A stretch of DNA of 64,000 nucleotides from an uncultured bacterium (GTDB lineage: Bacteria; Patescibacteriota; Saccharimonadia; UBA4664): contig CAVRET010000002.1 of NCBI GenBank assembly GCA_963720265.1, positions 71,602 through 135,601 of the forward strand, read 5' to 3'. This document shows positions 49,789 to 59,523 of the stretch, piece after piece. Below the pieces are notes generated by a model. The model was not told the origin of the DNA, did not search any database, and saw only the letters and a list, made by a program, of their open reading frames with translations. Within the stretch, counting starts at the first letter, position 1, and every line of letters starts with the position of its first letter. Both the position numbers and the translations under genes were made by a program.

Positions 49789-50973
49789 ATGCCCGTAACC
49801 ATGAAGATCCTACTCGTCACCGAGAGCTACTGGCCCAATGCCGACGGTGGCGCCTTATTTGAACGCCGCCTCGTGCTCGGATTAATTAACCGCGGTCATA
49901 AACTAAGTGTTTGGACCCCGGGTACCAAACTGAGCTCATATGACGAACAAGACGGTGCATACACCATCCATCGCGAAAAATCCGTCCGCTTTATTGTTAA
50001 TCCGAAATACCGAGTAAGCTACTGGCCGTTCCTGCGCGCGCGCAAGCTTATCCGCGCTGAGCGGCCGGACGTTATTCACATTCACAACTTCTGGTTCCTA
50101 GGCTTAAGCGCCATGTGGTGGGCGAAGCGCTATCGCATTCCCATTATCGCAACCAATCACTTCATGCCTGAAAACGCCCTGCTTAACTTACGGTTCCTCA
50201 GGCCGGTTGCCAAACCGGCCGGTCGCATGGTTTGGTCGTATCTGGTAAAACTTCACAATCGTTGTAATTTTGTCACCAGCCCGACCCAAACAGCCGTAAA
50301 TCTACTACTGAAACACGGCCTAACCGCACCCGTTGAGGCCATAACCAACGGCATTGACACAAATGTCTTCAAACCGGACCTCGATACAACTGCAGTCCAA
50401 GAGAAATACCGGTTGCCCAAAGATCAGCCGATTATCCTCTACCTCGGCCGCGTTGACGGCGAGAAGCGCCTGGACCTCCTCGTGTCTGCCATCACTGAAG
50501 TCAAACCGCCGGCTCACCTTGTCATTGCCGGCTTCGGAGTGGCCCAAAAGACACTTGAGCAACAAGCAGCCAAGCTCGGCATCACTGATCGTGTCACCTT
50601 CACCGGCTACATCGATGAAGACGACAAAGCCGCGATCTACAACACTGCAACCGTATTTGCTATCTCGTCACCGGCTGAGCTGCAGAGCATTGTCCTGCTC
50701 GAGGCCATGGCATCAGCACTTCCGCTCGTGGCTGTAGATGTCGCCGCCCTCAGCGAGCTCTGCCGGAATGGCGAAAACGGCTATCTCTTCACTCGCGACG
50801 ACTGGCACGCCCTGGCCGCCGCTCTCAACCACCTCCTTGCCAACCCCAGGCTCGCCCACCGCTTCGGTCAAGCCAGCCGCCGCATCGTCGAACAGTCACA
50901 CAGCACAAACTACACCTTCGATCGCTACGAAGCCGCCTACGAGCGCCTCGTCACTTCACGCTCACAAGTGTAA
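49789..50973 (+). CDS. Glycosyltransferase family 4
   Basis: ESYWP..DG, PDVIHIH, GR...EK, E.QSIVLLEAMA. Confidence 0.92.
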   Translation: MPVTMKILLVTESYWPNADGGALFERRLVLGLINRGHKLSVWTPGTKLSSYDEQDGAYTIHREKSVRFIVNPKYRVSYWPFLRARKLIRAERPDVIHIHNFWFLGLSAMWWAKRYRIPIIATNHFMPENALLNLRFLRPVAKPAGRMVWSYLVKLHNRCNFVTSPTQTAVNLLLKHGLTAPVEAITNGIDTNVFKPDLDTTAVQEKYRLPKDQPIILYLGRVDGEKRLDLLVSAITEVKPPAHLVIAGFGVAQKTLEQQAAKLGITDRVTFTGYIDEDDKAAIYNTATVFAISSPAELQSIVLLEAMASALPLVAVDVAALSELCRNGENGYLFTRDDWHALAAALNHLLANPRLAHRFGQASRRIVEQSHSTNYTFDRYEAAYERLVTSRSQV

Positions 50974-51652
50974 CGTCAAACACCAGCACCGCATTGGCCG
51001 GCACCTGCGGGCTCTTGCCCTGCGAGCCATACCCCACGCTCGGCGGCACGATAATACGCCGTTCACCACCAACCTTCATCCCAAATACCCCCTCCTGAAA
51101 TCCCACGATCACGTTCGAAGAGCCAACCGTAAAGGTATAGGGGTCTCCAGAGGTGGCGGCGTCAAATTCCGTTCCATTTGTCAGCCAAGCCGTATATTCA
51201 ACCGTTACAACACTACCCTTCGCCACTGTCGTACCGGTCCCAGGCTGAGTATCGATATAAAGCGCGTCCGCGTTCGTTGCATACTTGTCGTATACACTAA
51301 ACCCGCTCGGATCCGGCAGCGAATTCGAGCTCGAATTCGAGCCTGAGTCCGAACCCCCGCTCGAATCACCGCTGCTCTCATTCTGGCCACTACTCGTCTG
51401 ATCACCCTCCACTGACCCTTGGCTCCCACCGTTCGTCACTTCCAACCCGTTGAAAGGCGTCGGGGTCGGCGAACCCGTAAGCGGAATCGCTGTCCCGTCA
51501 TTATTCGGATTCAAATTTGCTGCCAGCTTTCCCCCGCTCGCACTGGCTGTTGTATCATTCCGATGTAAAAATAACCACGCCACCACGCCAAATCCTACGA
51601 GTACCCCCGCACCAACCGTCACACCACTAAACTTCACCCACCTACGCATCAC
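50951..51652 (-). CDS. Membrane-anchored FKBP-type peptidyl-prolyl isomerase
   Basis: Y...L.NG..FD, VI.GF.EG..GMKVG..R.IIVPP..GYG, P.NA.LVF.V.L. Confidence 0.92.
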   Translation of the reverse strand: MMRRWVKFSGVTVGAGVLVGFGVVAWLFLHRNDTTASASGGKLAANLNPNNDGTAIPLTGSPTPTPFNGLEVTNGGSQGSVEGDQTSSGQNESSGDSSGGSDSGSNSSSNSLPDPSGFSVYDKYATNADALYIDTQPGTGTTVAKGSVVTVEYTAWLTNGTEFDAATSGDPYTFTVGSSNVIVGFQEGVFGMKVGGERRIIVPPSVGYGSQGKSPQVPANAVLVFDVTLVSVK

Positions 51653-51705
51653 GTCCGATTGTATCAGAAAAGCCCTTATGACACTCTGAGGTTGTTTACA
51701 AATCG

Positions 51706-52668
51706 TTACAGTTCTAACGAACGCGGCGCAAGTAGGGCTTCTAGCTCTATCATCAAACGCTCGCCGAGCCGATCCGCAGACTCTTTCGTAATACCGCCGA
51801 TGTGAGGAGTAATGACCACGTTGTTTGAGTTAACCATCTCCTGAATACGCGGGTCAGCCTTGCTTATATTAAACGGCTCACCCTCAATTACATCCAGTGC
51901 AGCACCAGCCAATTTTTTCTCATATAGCGCCTCAGCCACGGCCAAGGTATCTACTACCACGCCACGGCCAACGTTTACTAGGATTGCATCGGGCTTCATA
52001 CGAGACAGCGCTGATGAACCAATCATATGCTCCGTGTCATTGCTAGCCGGAACGGCCACTACCAGAAAATCTGCCTTAGCCAAAACCTCGTTAAAGCCCC
52101 AAAACTTTTGCAGTCCCAACTGCTTTGCTCGCTCCACACTGGGATTTTTAGTATATGCCACAACATTCATCTCAAATCCATGCCCAATATTAATCAATTC
52201 ACGCCCAATATTGCCTGCGCCAATTATCCCAATGGTCTTGCCGGCCAACTCATCACCCTCAAAGTACTGAAAATCCCAACCTCCGCCTCGCGCATAGTTG
52301 TTTGCCATTGGCACCTTCCTGAGCAAACTAATTAATATCGCGAACGCCATCTCGGCCACACCGCGCGCGTTATACCCCGGAAAATTAACCACCTTGATCC
52401 CTCGCTGCGCACAGTACTCGGTGTCAATGTGGTCGGTACCCACGCTCGTCGTAATAATGGCTCGCAGCTTCGGCCATTTGCGCAGCACAGTCTTATACTG
52501 AGAGAGGTCGGTCACGATAATGTCCGCGTCCTTGCCACGTTCCGATAATTCTGCTTCGTCGGCAGCAAACTCCGAGTACTGTTCTACTTCCAACCCTGGT
52601 AGGCGACATATACGCTCAACTATCTCAGGCGTCAGTACAACTGGCGGATCTGTAAATACGAGATTCAT
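51706..52668 (-). CDS. D-isomer-specific 2-hydroxyacid dehydrogenase
   Basis: G.DHID, VAE, GAGNIG, NVGRG, LDV.EGEP, TPHIG (intact R/E/H triad). Confidence 0.93.
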   Translation of the reverse strand: MNLVFTDPPVVLTPEIVERICRLPGLEVEQYSEFAADEAELSERGKDADIIVTDLSQYKTVLRKWPKLRAIITTSVGTDHIDTEYCAQRGIKVVNFPGYNARGVAEMAFAILISLLRKVPMANNYARGGGWDFQYFEGDELAGKTIGIIGAGNIGRELINIGHGFEMNVVAYTKNPSVERAKQLGLQKFWGFNEVLAKADFLVVAVPASNDTEHMIGSSALSRMKPDAILVNVGRGVVVDTLAVAEALYEKKLAGAALDVIEGEPFNISKADPRIQEMVNSNNVVITPHIGGITKESADRLGERLMIELEALLAPRSLEL

Positions 52669-53921
52669 CGTGCACTTCTCCCCAATTTCAGCTGCTTGAG
52701 AATAGCTAGGACCTCTTGGTTATTGCGCGCCATCGACTGCTTCGTATAAAAGCCGAGCTCAGGGGTTATCACTACGTTGGGAAAATTCATAATCTTACGA
52801 TACTTACTGGCCGGAAAATTATTAAAAATCCCGACCGCATCGGCGAAATAATCGAGAGCGATCGCGATAATATCTCTTGAAATTATCAGCTCTCGCAACA
52901 AATCAACGTCTAAATCGAGTGAATAGCTCAAGAACAGAAAGTACTTTGCTCTCATTTTCCTGTTCATCAAATTTGGACCAAGTTCAACCATCGCATTCAA
53001 ATCCTCGGGGAAAATCACGACATCACAGGAGTGAAAGAGCTCACTTAGGGGCGTATATGCTGCTACGCCCAAATCACCGGGAGGCAAAGATGTCTGATCC
53101 GGATCGCAAACCATTACCCCACAACCAAAAGCTCTCAGCAGCGGTATGATCTCGCGGCCTTCGCGCTTTACACCTACAACTCCAACAGTTTTCCCGTGTA
53201 GCTCCTCCGACACAAAACCGCGGTAATCAAACTGGCCCAGCCTCAGTGCCTCTGCCGCCGGATATAGAGGCCGCAAGACGTGGAATAACGAGGCAAACAC
53301 AAACTCAGTTCTGGCAGCTTTCTTGTAATATTCATACGGCGTCAAGGAACGCACCTCAATGCCCAACTCACGACACGCCTCAACGTCGACCATCTCCGTA
53401 GTTATCGAGGCTGTCACAATACACTTCAGCCTAGGGCACTTCATCAGCATTTGCTTATCTATGGCGACGGAAAAAAATGTCACTACCACGTCAGCATCAG
53501 AACATCGCAAAATAAACGCCTCCGGGCTGATGCGCACTGGTGAATCAGGGTAGCTCACCACTTCGTAGTCGCTGAGTTGATCGAGTGCCTCTTTCGACAA
53601 CACGTACCAGTCGCAAAAAACCAGTTTGGGCTTCTTGCCAGCCACCGTTGACCTTGGTGAATCCAATAGGAGCTCAGTTAGAGCCCGCTGCTGCTCCGCA
53701 ATCACTTTTTGCAGCCTGGAAGTCTCTGCTACTCGGTAAATAACCCGCCGTGTCGATACCTTCACCTCCTCAAGTACCCCCTTGTGAACCAGTGATTGCA
53801 GCTGATAATGCAACGTTGAGCGGTGCATTTGCAAATCCCGTGCTAAATTAGGCAAGGTCGCATGGCCCCGTTCTTGTATAGCCCGTATCGTTTTTGTCTC
53901 TTCCGGCGAAATCAAAAGCAT
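52665..53921 (-). CDS. HTH-domain protein fused to a degenerate 2-hydroxyacid dehydrogenase domain
   Basis: N-terminal LARDLQMHRSTLHYQLQSL..KG wHTH; C-terminal EELHGKTVGVVG, LDY, NVVITPELGFYT, with catalytic motifs altered. Confidence 0.8.
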   Translation of the reverse strand: MLLISPEETKTIRAIQERGHATLPNLARDLQMHRSTLHYQLQSLVHKGVLEEVKVSTRRVIYRVAETSRLQKVIAEQQRALTELLLDSPRSTVAGKKPKLVFCDWYVLSKEALDQLSDYEVVSYPDSPVRISPEAFILRCSDADVVVTFFSVAIDKQMLMKCPRLKCIVTASITTEMVDVEACRELGIEVRSLTPYEYYKKAARTEFVFASLFHVLRPLYPAAEALRLGQFDYRGFVSEELHGKTVGVVGVKREGREIIPLLRAFGCGVMVCDPDQTSLPPGDLGVAAYTPLSELFHSCDVVIFPEDLNAMVELGPNLMNRKMRAKYFLFLSYSLDLDVDLLRELIISRDIIAIALDYFADAVGIFNNFPASKYRKIMNFPNVVITPELGFYTKQSMARNNQEVLAILKQLKLGRSAR

Positions 53922-53988
53922 TTTCTCATCCTAAAGCGTTTCTTTAGTTTTGTAAAATTAATTTAGTATTTAGTTTAAATTTATTCTC

Positions 53989-54018
53989 TATTATGTATGA
54001 AAATTTTCATACATAATA
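53989..54018. promoter_or_regulatory. 30-bp perfect palindrome, putative operator
   Basis: TATTATGTATGAAAA|TTTTCATACATAATA, ~70 bp upstream of the HTH-fusion gene. Confidence 0.6.
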
Positions 54019-54086
54019 AAATGCAACGAGCTCAATAGGCCTTAGCCGTAATCAAAAAAACCCCAGCACGTTGGCTAAGGCTCTTT

Positions 54087-54465
54087 TGGTGGAGCTGCGG
54101 GGAATTGCACCCCGGTCCGCCGAGTCACACGACAGCGCACTACAGGTTTAGTCTACCTGGGAGTCTTAGCCAAGCGTCTGTGAGCAGACGAAACGGCGCT
54201 TGGAGCAGCCTCAAATCTTAGGGTTCGAGCAGAGGCGCACTCGAAACTGCAACCCGATAAATTGACACCGGCGAACCCCTACCGGGTATCAGGTGCCGAT
54301 GGCTTTCGTTATTAGGCGAAAGCAGGAGCGAGCGAAGGCATGCTAAAAGCAGACTTCACCCGCGAAAGAAAGTTGGCAATTGAGCTAACTTGATGGAATC
54401 TGACGTTTGCCTCCGACCTGCGCGTATGTCCTGTAAAATTCCCGACGTCGAAGCTGATCAGCCCC
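54087..54465 (-). ncRNA. ssrA: tmRNA; tag (A)ANFLSRVKSAFSMPSLAPAFA
   Basis: 5' GGGGCTGATCAGCTTCGAC, 3' CCCCGCAGCTCCACCA, tag ORF 54377-54312 ending AFA-TAA-TAA; terminator follows. Confidence 0.95.
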
Positions 54466-54647
54466 ACGTTTATGGACCAAAGTATAGCATATTGAGCTAA
54501 TTGAGGCAAGAATAAGCATAAGAAGTGTTGTGGTAAAAACGACGTTTTAACAAAAACTGCTTGCCTGTGTCCAAGCTTTTTGGTGCAACCGCCGAAGCAC
54601 TATGGCAGCCGCTTCCCTACCATTATGGGCATAAGGAGGAACGTTAA

Positions 54648-54884
54648 ATGACATACGACGAAGAACTAGACTACTTGGAAGATGATGAGATGATGACAGC
54701 TGACCTCAGCGACGACAGTGCCGAAGCTGACGCTGCTGACACCTTCGGTGAGCGACTCGACTACGACATCGACGAGACCCTAACCGAGGACGAGGCCACG
54801 CCAGACGGCGAGGAAGACGAGGCTATCAGCACGACGCCCGAGGACCTAGTCGGCGAGGAGGTCGAGGATCATCGAGCCTTCTAG
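54648..54884 (+). CDS. Highly acidic 78-aa protein
   Basis: AAGGAGG SD, 33/78 residues D/E, own terminator (54897-54936). Confidence 0.75.
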   Translation: MTYDEELDYLEDDEMMTADLSDDSAEADAADTFGERLDYDIDETLTEDEATPDGEEDEAISTTPEDLVGEEVEDHRAF

Positions 54885-54952
54885 TAGTTACTAGCTGAAA
54901 AAACGCGGCCGCATGATTATCTCGGCCGCGTTTTTTGCGCTAAAATAACGTT

Positions 54953-56242
54953 ATGAGAATTGGCGTCTTCACAGACCGGTATCTCCCCCAGACCGATGGA
55001 GTGTCCGTAGCCGTCGAAATCATGCGGACCGAGCTGGAGAAAATGGGCCACGAGGTCTATATTTTGGCGCCTCGCCCCAGCTGGCGCTATCGTGAACGCT
55101 CACCGCGCATTATCCGCTTCGCAGCGGTCAAAGGCTTATTTTTTGATGACTATCTCATGACTTTTTACTTCCCTTTCCAAGCTACCCGCCAGATCGATAA
55201 ATTGAACCTCGACATTGTTCACTTCCAAACTCCAGGGCAAATTGGGCTTTTGGGAGCCTATTACGCCATTCATGCCAGTAAACCACTCATCACCACATAT
55301 CACACCGATTTGGTCGAATACATCAAGCATTACCCGAAGGTCATTGTTGGGACGATTGCGCTAGCAGCCTTAGCGCCGGCCATCGTGGATGGGCACTTTG
55401 AGGATTATCGCAGGAATCTTGTCGCCATGATGCCCAAACGCAACATTGCTCAATGGCACGAAAAGATTGTCATCCATGGCCTTACGCTCCTGCACAATCA
55501 CTGCGATCTGGTCATCGCACCCTCGGACAAAATCAAACAACAGCTCGAATCATTTGGAACTACAACCGAGGTGAAAGTTTTAGCCTCCGGAATTGACAAA
55601 ATTACAACAACAGATGCCGACATCGAGCATTGGCGACATGAGCTTAACTATGCCGCTTCAGACAAAGTTATCATCTTTGTTGGGCGTATTGGAACCGAAA
55701 AAAATATTGGGCTGCTGATTCGCAGCTTCAACATCGTTGCCAGACGGAACTTAAACGCCAAGCTCCTCATTATTGGTGCCGGCGATGACCTCACGTTTTT
55801 CAAAACCCAAGCCTCAGAGTCACCTTATGCCGACCGGATTACATTTACCGGACAAATCGAAAATTCACGTCTCGGCGCGCTGTACGGCCTCTCAACTGTC
55901 CTTGGTTTCCCAAGTCTGAGTGAGACCCAAGGCCTTGTTGTGAACGAAGCTGTAGCCGCCGGTTTACCCGTTGTAATGATCGAACACGACATCACAACAG
56001 CTGTAATTGAGGGAGAAAATGGCTTTTTCGCACGCAATTCGGCCAGAGATTTTGCCGCCAAACTCCTCCGAATCATTTCCGATCAAGACCTACAGCACCG
56101 CTTTTCCGGGCGTAGTCTCGAGCTGGCGACCAAAGTTACGGCCGCCAAGCAAACAGCTAAACTCCTCGGCCTCTACCACGAAACCGCCGAGCTTCACCAA
56201 GCTAAGATCCGCGCCCGCTCGGGTACCGCTGTGTCGCGCTAG
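54953..56242 (+). CDS. Glycosyltransferase family 4 (glycolipid synthase-like)
   Basis: MRIGVFTD.Y.PQ.DGV, TYHT, VGR..EKN, ETQGLVV.EA. Confidence 0.92.
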   Translation: MRIGVFTDRYLPQTDGVSVAVEIMRTELEKMGHEVYILAPRPSWRYRERSPRIIRFAAVKGLFFDDYLMTFYFPFQATRQIDKLNLDIVHFQTPGQIGLLGAYYAIHASKPLITTYHTDLVEYIKHYPKVIVGTIALAALAPAIVDGHFEDYRRNLVAMMPKRNIAQWHEKIVIHGLTLLHNHCDLVIAPSDKIKQQLESFGTTTEVKVLASGIDKITTTDADIEHWRHELNYAASDKVIIFVGRIGTEKNIGLLIRSFNIVARRNLNAKLLIIGAGDDLTFFKTQASESPYADRITFTGQIENSRLGALYGLSTVLGFPSLSETQGLVVNEAVAAGLPVVMIEHDITTAVIEGENGFFARNSARDFAAKLLRIISDQDLQHRFSGRSLELATKVTAAKQTAKLLGLYHETAELHQAKIRARSGTAVSR

Positions 56243-57024
56243 TTGACAGGACCAGCGGCCTCCCAGGCCACACTAAATAGCGCCCTCAGCCCGGCCGCCA
56301 ACGCATCGCTCCGCACTGCTAAGCCTATCGGGTTGGCAGCGCCAAGCGACAGCATCAAGATATTGTCGCCGGCAATCGTGAAATCACCGGTCATTGGAAA
56401 CATATCGCGCGGCAGCCAGCGCGATTGGTGATACGTTCCGTCGCTCACACTTTTGAGCAACGGTCCCGCTTCAGCCGTATACAAAAACCGGCTCTTGAGG
56501 CCGGTTTTGCGCCGCCACTGAGTTGCCATCTCGGCTCGAAACTCCGGAACATAGTTAAGCAGCAAATCCAGGTTGCTGAATCCATATACCGTATCCACTT
56601 GCGGCCCTCGCTCTTGCTGCAAAAAGGCGTTAAGGATAGTTTTAATACCGGCTGTGCTGTCGTAAAACTTCACATCCGGAGAATCCCTGGGTAATGATCG
56701 CAACGACTGCAAATCATCCAGCACCTGCGTAAAGCTATGCTGTTGCCGTTTGAGCTCCAATTCCCGCTTCTGGAGCAAGCGTTGTAGCCTAACCGGCTCT
56801 TCGGCCACAAACAGCGTTTTCTTACCCCTCACGGCCTGCGTCACGAGCCCCAGAGCCACCAGCGACTCCAATACCACATATGTGGTCACCCGTTTAATAC
56901 CGGCTTGCACTGCAATGTTCTGGACAGATGCCGGACCGAGCTGCAAACACGCAATATAGACCGAGGCCTCTTTATTGCTCAGGCCCAACTCCTCAATTCT
57001 TGGAACCAGGTGCCGGTTATTCAT
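56239..57024 (-). CDS. TrmB-family HTH transcriptional regulator
   Basis: LGLSNKEA.VY..L.LG..IA..I.R.T.Y..L..L..GLV; C-terminal LF...W. Confidence 0.85.
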   Translation of the reverse strand: MNNRHLVPRIEELGLSNKEASVYIACLQLGPASVQNIAVQAGIKRVTTYVVLESLVALGLVTQAVRGKKTLFVAEEPVRLQRLLQKRELELKRQQHSFTQVLDDLQSLRSLPRDSPDVKFYDSTAGIKTILNAFLQQERGPQVDTVYGFSNLDLLLNYVPEFRAEMATQWRRKTGLKSRFLYTAEAGPLLKSVSDGTYHQSRWLPRDMFPMTGDFTIAGDNILMLSLGAANPIGLAVRSDALAAGLRALFSVAWEAAGPVN

Positions 57025-57103
57025 ATCGAGATTATATCAGCATATTACATTTTCGGATTTCGTTCGGTATTATCAAGTTCACCTGGCTTGGAGGCTACAA
57101 TGC

Positions 57104-57322
57104 TTGGCTGCCCTAGCCATAAACCGCTTAAATCTATCAGCCCGCGGCTACAACCGCATGCTCAAAATCGCCCGCACCGTTGCCGATCTGGATAGCTCTC
57201 CAAATATTGAAGTGAATCATTTTTCTGAGGCGTTACAATACCGGCCACGTCTAAAGCAGGCCAACGCAGTGAGCATCACCACTCAAGCCACACCGGTTAT
57301 ATCAGCTAACACTAAACGATGA
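57104..57322 (+). pseudogene. Isolated C-terminal fragment of ComM/YifB (Mg-chelatase-like) ATPase
   Basis: LSARGYNRMLKIARTVADL..I...H.SEALQYR; no upstream ATPase domain; possible GGAGG-N9-TTG start. Confidence 0.7.
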
Positions 57323-57625
57323 ATACACGCTGTTGCCGATCCCGGTGTGAGCAAAGAGGTACCAAAGGACAAGCTCAAGTGCTACTAGACAAACCGCAAA
57401 GACGGCAATCCGCCGCACATCTTTACCAACGTAAGAAAAGTCGCGGGCGCCAATCGCAACCACGCCCCTACTACTAGCGGATGATACCTGCTTGCGTGGA
57501 CCAACAGCTTCCCCCGGCCTCGTTTCCGCCGACCTATCACGACCCCCGGCCAGCTCCAAACCGGCCGCAACCGTTGGCTCCGTATATTTAAAACGATGCT
57601 TCTTAGATTGCTTCTTCTTCGCCAT
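57302..57625 (-). CDS. Hypothetical single-TM protein
   Basis: MAKKKQSKK..., 'YVGKDVRRIAV' then C-terminal TM. Confidence 0.7.
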   Translation of the reverse strand: MAKKKQSKKHRFKYTEPTVAAGLELAGGRDRSAETRPGEAVGPRKQVSSASSRGVVAIGARDFSYVGKDVRRIAVFAVCLVALELVLWYLFAHTGIGNSVYSSFSVS

Positions 57626-57728
57626 TGGCGACATAGTATCACATCTGGAACAGCGCGGCACGTCAGTTGCACTGGTGCACGCACAAACTCTATACTGTGA
57701 AGGAACAAACAGGATGTGATGGTTATTT

Positions 57729-58196
57729 ATGGTAGTACCGATCGCAGTCGCGATACTGGCGCTTGTACTCGCAGCCTACAGTGTAAACGAAAATATACGC
57801 CTCAAGCGTCGCTTTCAGGCAGCGCTCGGCGGTACTAGCCCAAAGTCACTTGAAAGTCTGCTCACCGACCACCTCGCCAGGGTTAATGAAGTGGATCAAC
57901 GGCTCGTTATTCTAGACGATAAATACACGCGGCTTACCGATATGAGTAGTCTCGCGTCGCAAAAAATCTCAATCGTTCGCTTCAACCCGTTCGGCGACAC
58001 CGGCGGCGACCAGAGCTTCAGCTTAGCCGTCCTCGACGCACACGATTCCGGTTATATCTTAAGCAGCATCCACGGTCGCACTGGCACCCGAGTTTACGTA
58101 AAGCCAATCGACTTTGGTAAAAGTAAGTACACGCTTTCAACCGAGGAGCAGCAGGCGTTGTCGCAAGCAATGAAGCGTATACCCAAGGTCGCATAA
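57729..58196 (+). CDS. DUF4446-like protein
   Basis: N-terminal TM; VRFNPFGDTGGDQSFS.A.LD..G..LSSI.GR..R.Y.KP..LS.EE. Confidence 0.85.
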   Translation: MVVPIAVAILALVLAAYSVNENIRLKRRFQAALGGTSPKSLESLLTDHLARVNEVDQRLVILDDKYTRLTDMSSLASQKISIVRFNPFGDTGGDQSFSLAVLDAHDSGYILSSIHGRTGTRVYVKPIDFGKSKYTLSTEEQQALSQAMKRIPKVA

Positions 58197-58214
58197 TCGC
58201 AGGAGGTCATTTTC

Positions 58215-58613
58215 ATGGCACGTAGAACACAAGATGAAGCTCTAGGTGTAATCGGTTCCGAAACCTTCATTGGCTCAGGAGTTGTTGTTAAAGGCAACCT
58301 CGCGAGCGATTCGGACATCACCATTGATGGTAATCTCGAAGGCGATATCAAGGCCGGCGGTGATGTCACGGTCGGTATCAACGCTCGCATTACTGCCAAT
58401 ATTGCAGCCACCAACGTAACAGTCGCCGGCACGGTAGTCGGCAGCATAATCGCCAGCGGTGAGGCCAGAATTGCTGAAAGCGGACACGTGAAGGGCGATA
58501 TCACAGCCGGCGGCCTAGCAATTAGCTCCGGCGGAGTCTTCATTGGCAACAGCCGCATGGAAGCCGGGCCTCGCCTGTCGCATCATAGCGATTCTGACAC
58601 CCCAAGGAGCTAG
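58215..58613 (+). CDS. Bactofilin (polymer-forming cytoskeletal protein)
   Basis: ETFIG.G..VKG.L..IDG..EG.I..V.VG..A.I beta-helix pattern. Confidence 0.92.
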   Translation: MARRTQDEALGVIGSETFIGSGVVVKGNLASDSDITIDGNLEGDIKAGGDVTVGINARITANIAATNVTVAGTVVGSIIASGEARIAESGHVKGDITAGGLAISSGGVFIGNSRMEAGPRLSHHSDSDTPRS

Positions 58614-58627
58614 CAGGCCCAGCCGCC

Positions 58628-59521
58628 ATGTACTACTACGTCGTCAATCCAGCTGCGGGCCGCGGTCAAGTCAAGAACCTCCAAGATAAAATAAGAACTC
58701 GTCTCGACGAGCTCCAAATCCGCGGCGAGTGGGCTAAAACGACCGGGCCCGGAGACGCCACTCGCATGACCAAAGCCGCCGTTGCCAGCGGCAAGTACAC
58801 GACGATTGTTGCGGTCGGCGGCGACGATACCGTCAACGAAGTCATTAACGGTATCGACGAGCAAAATGTTGCGGTCGGCATCATTCCGATTGGAAATACT
58901 AATCGTGTCGCAACCCAGCTTGGAATTATCACCTGGCCACAAGCCTGCGAGGCCCTGGCAGCCCGCCGACTAACCGGTTACTCTCTGATTGCCGCCGGGC
59001 AAAAATTCTTTTTATCAACCCTCACGATCGGCTTTGAAACCGACCTCGACAAAACAGTCGACACCAGCGACCCCGGGTGGCGCGCCAGAACCAAACAGTT
59101 CACCGAGAGCTTCGGGCAGGCCAGACGATATCAAACCCTCCACTGTCGCATCGATGTTGATGGCGAGTACAAACTCGAGTCCGACTTTTTTACCCTCGGC
59201 ATTACGAATCAAAAGTTCCTCAATCCCCTAGCCGAAAACCGACTGATCGTGTCGATTAGCGACCATCCAGGACGAAGTCTGGGCCTCGGCCGATTCGTCT
59301 GGCAAACCCTGCGCAACCGCACTGGAGTTGTGTCTGACGCGCCCACCACCCGATTTCTGGCCGACCGCGTCGTTATCGACACCGAACCATCGACCGGCAT
59401 CACGGTCGACGGCAAAGTCGCCGGACGCACCCCAATCGCTATCCGACTGACCGACCGCCGCATTCGCTTCGTCACTGAAAAAATCGTGGCCGATTTCAAA
59501 GGCGCCGTCGCAACCAACTAA
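58628..59521 (+). CDS. Diacylglycerol/lipid kinase family protein (YegS-like)
   Basis: VNPAAG.G, VGGDDTVNEV, IPIG.TN, VDG. Confidence 0.88.
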   Translation: MYYYVVNPAAGRGQVKNLQDKIRTRLDELQIRGEWAKTTGPGDATRMTKAAVASGKYTTIVAVGGDDTVNEVINGIDEQNVAVGIIPIGNTNRVATQLGIITWPQACEALAARRLTGYSLIAAGQKFFLSTLTIGFETDLDKTVDTSDPGWRARTKQFTESFGQARRYQTLHCRIDVDGEYKLESDFFTLGITNQKFLNPLAENRLIVSISDHPGRSLGLGRFVWQTLRNRTGVVSDAPTTRFLADRVVIDTEPSTGITVDGKVAGRTPIAIRLTDRRIRFVTEKIVADFKGAVATN

Positions 59522-59523
59522 CC

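Noticed and set aside
54312-54509. 65-aa ORF from the track
   Set aside because: It is the tmRNA tag frame extended upstream, not an independent gene.
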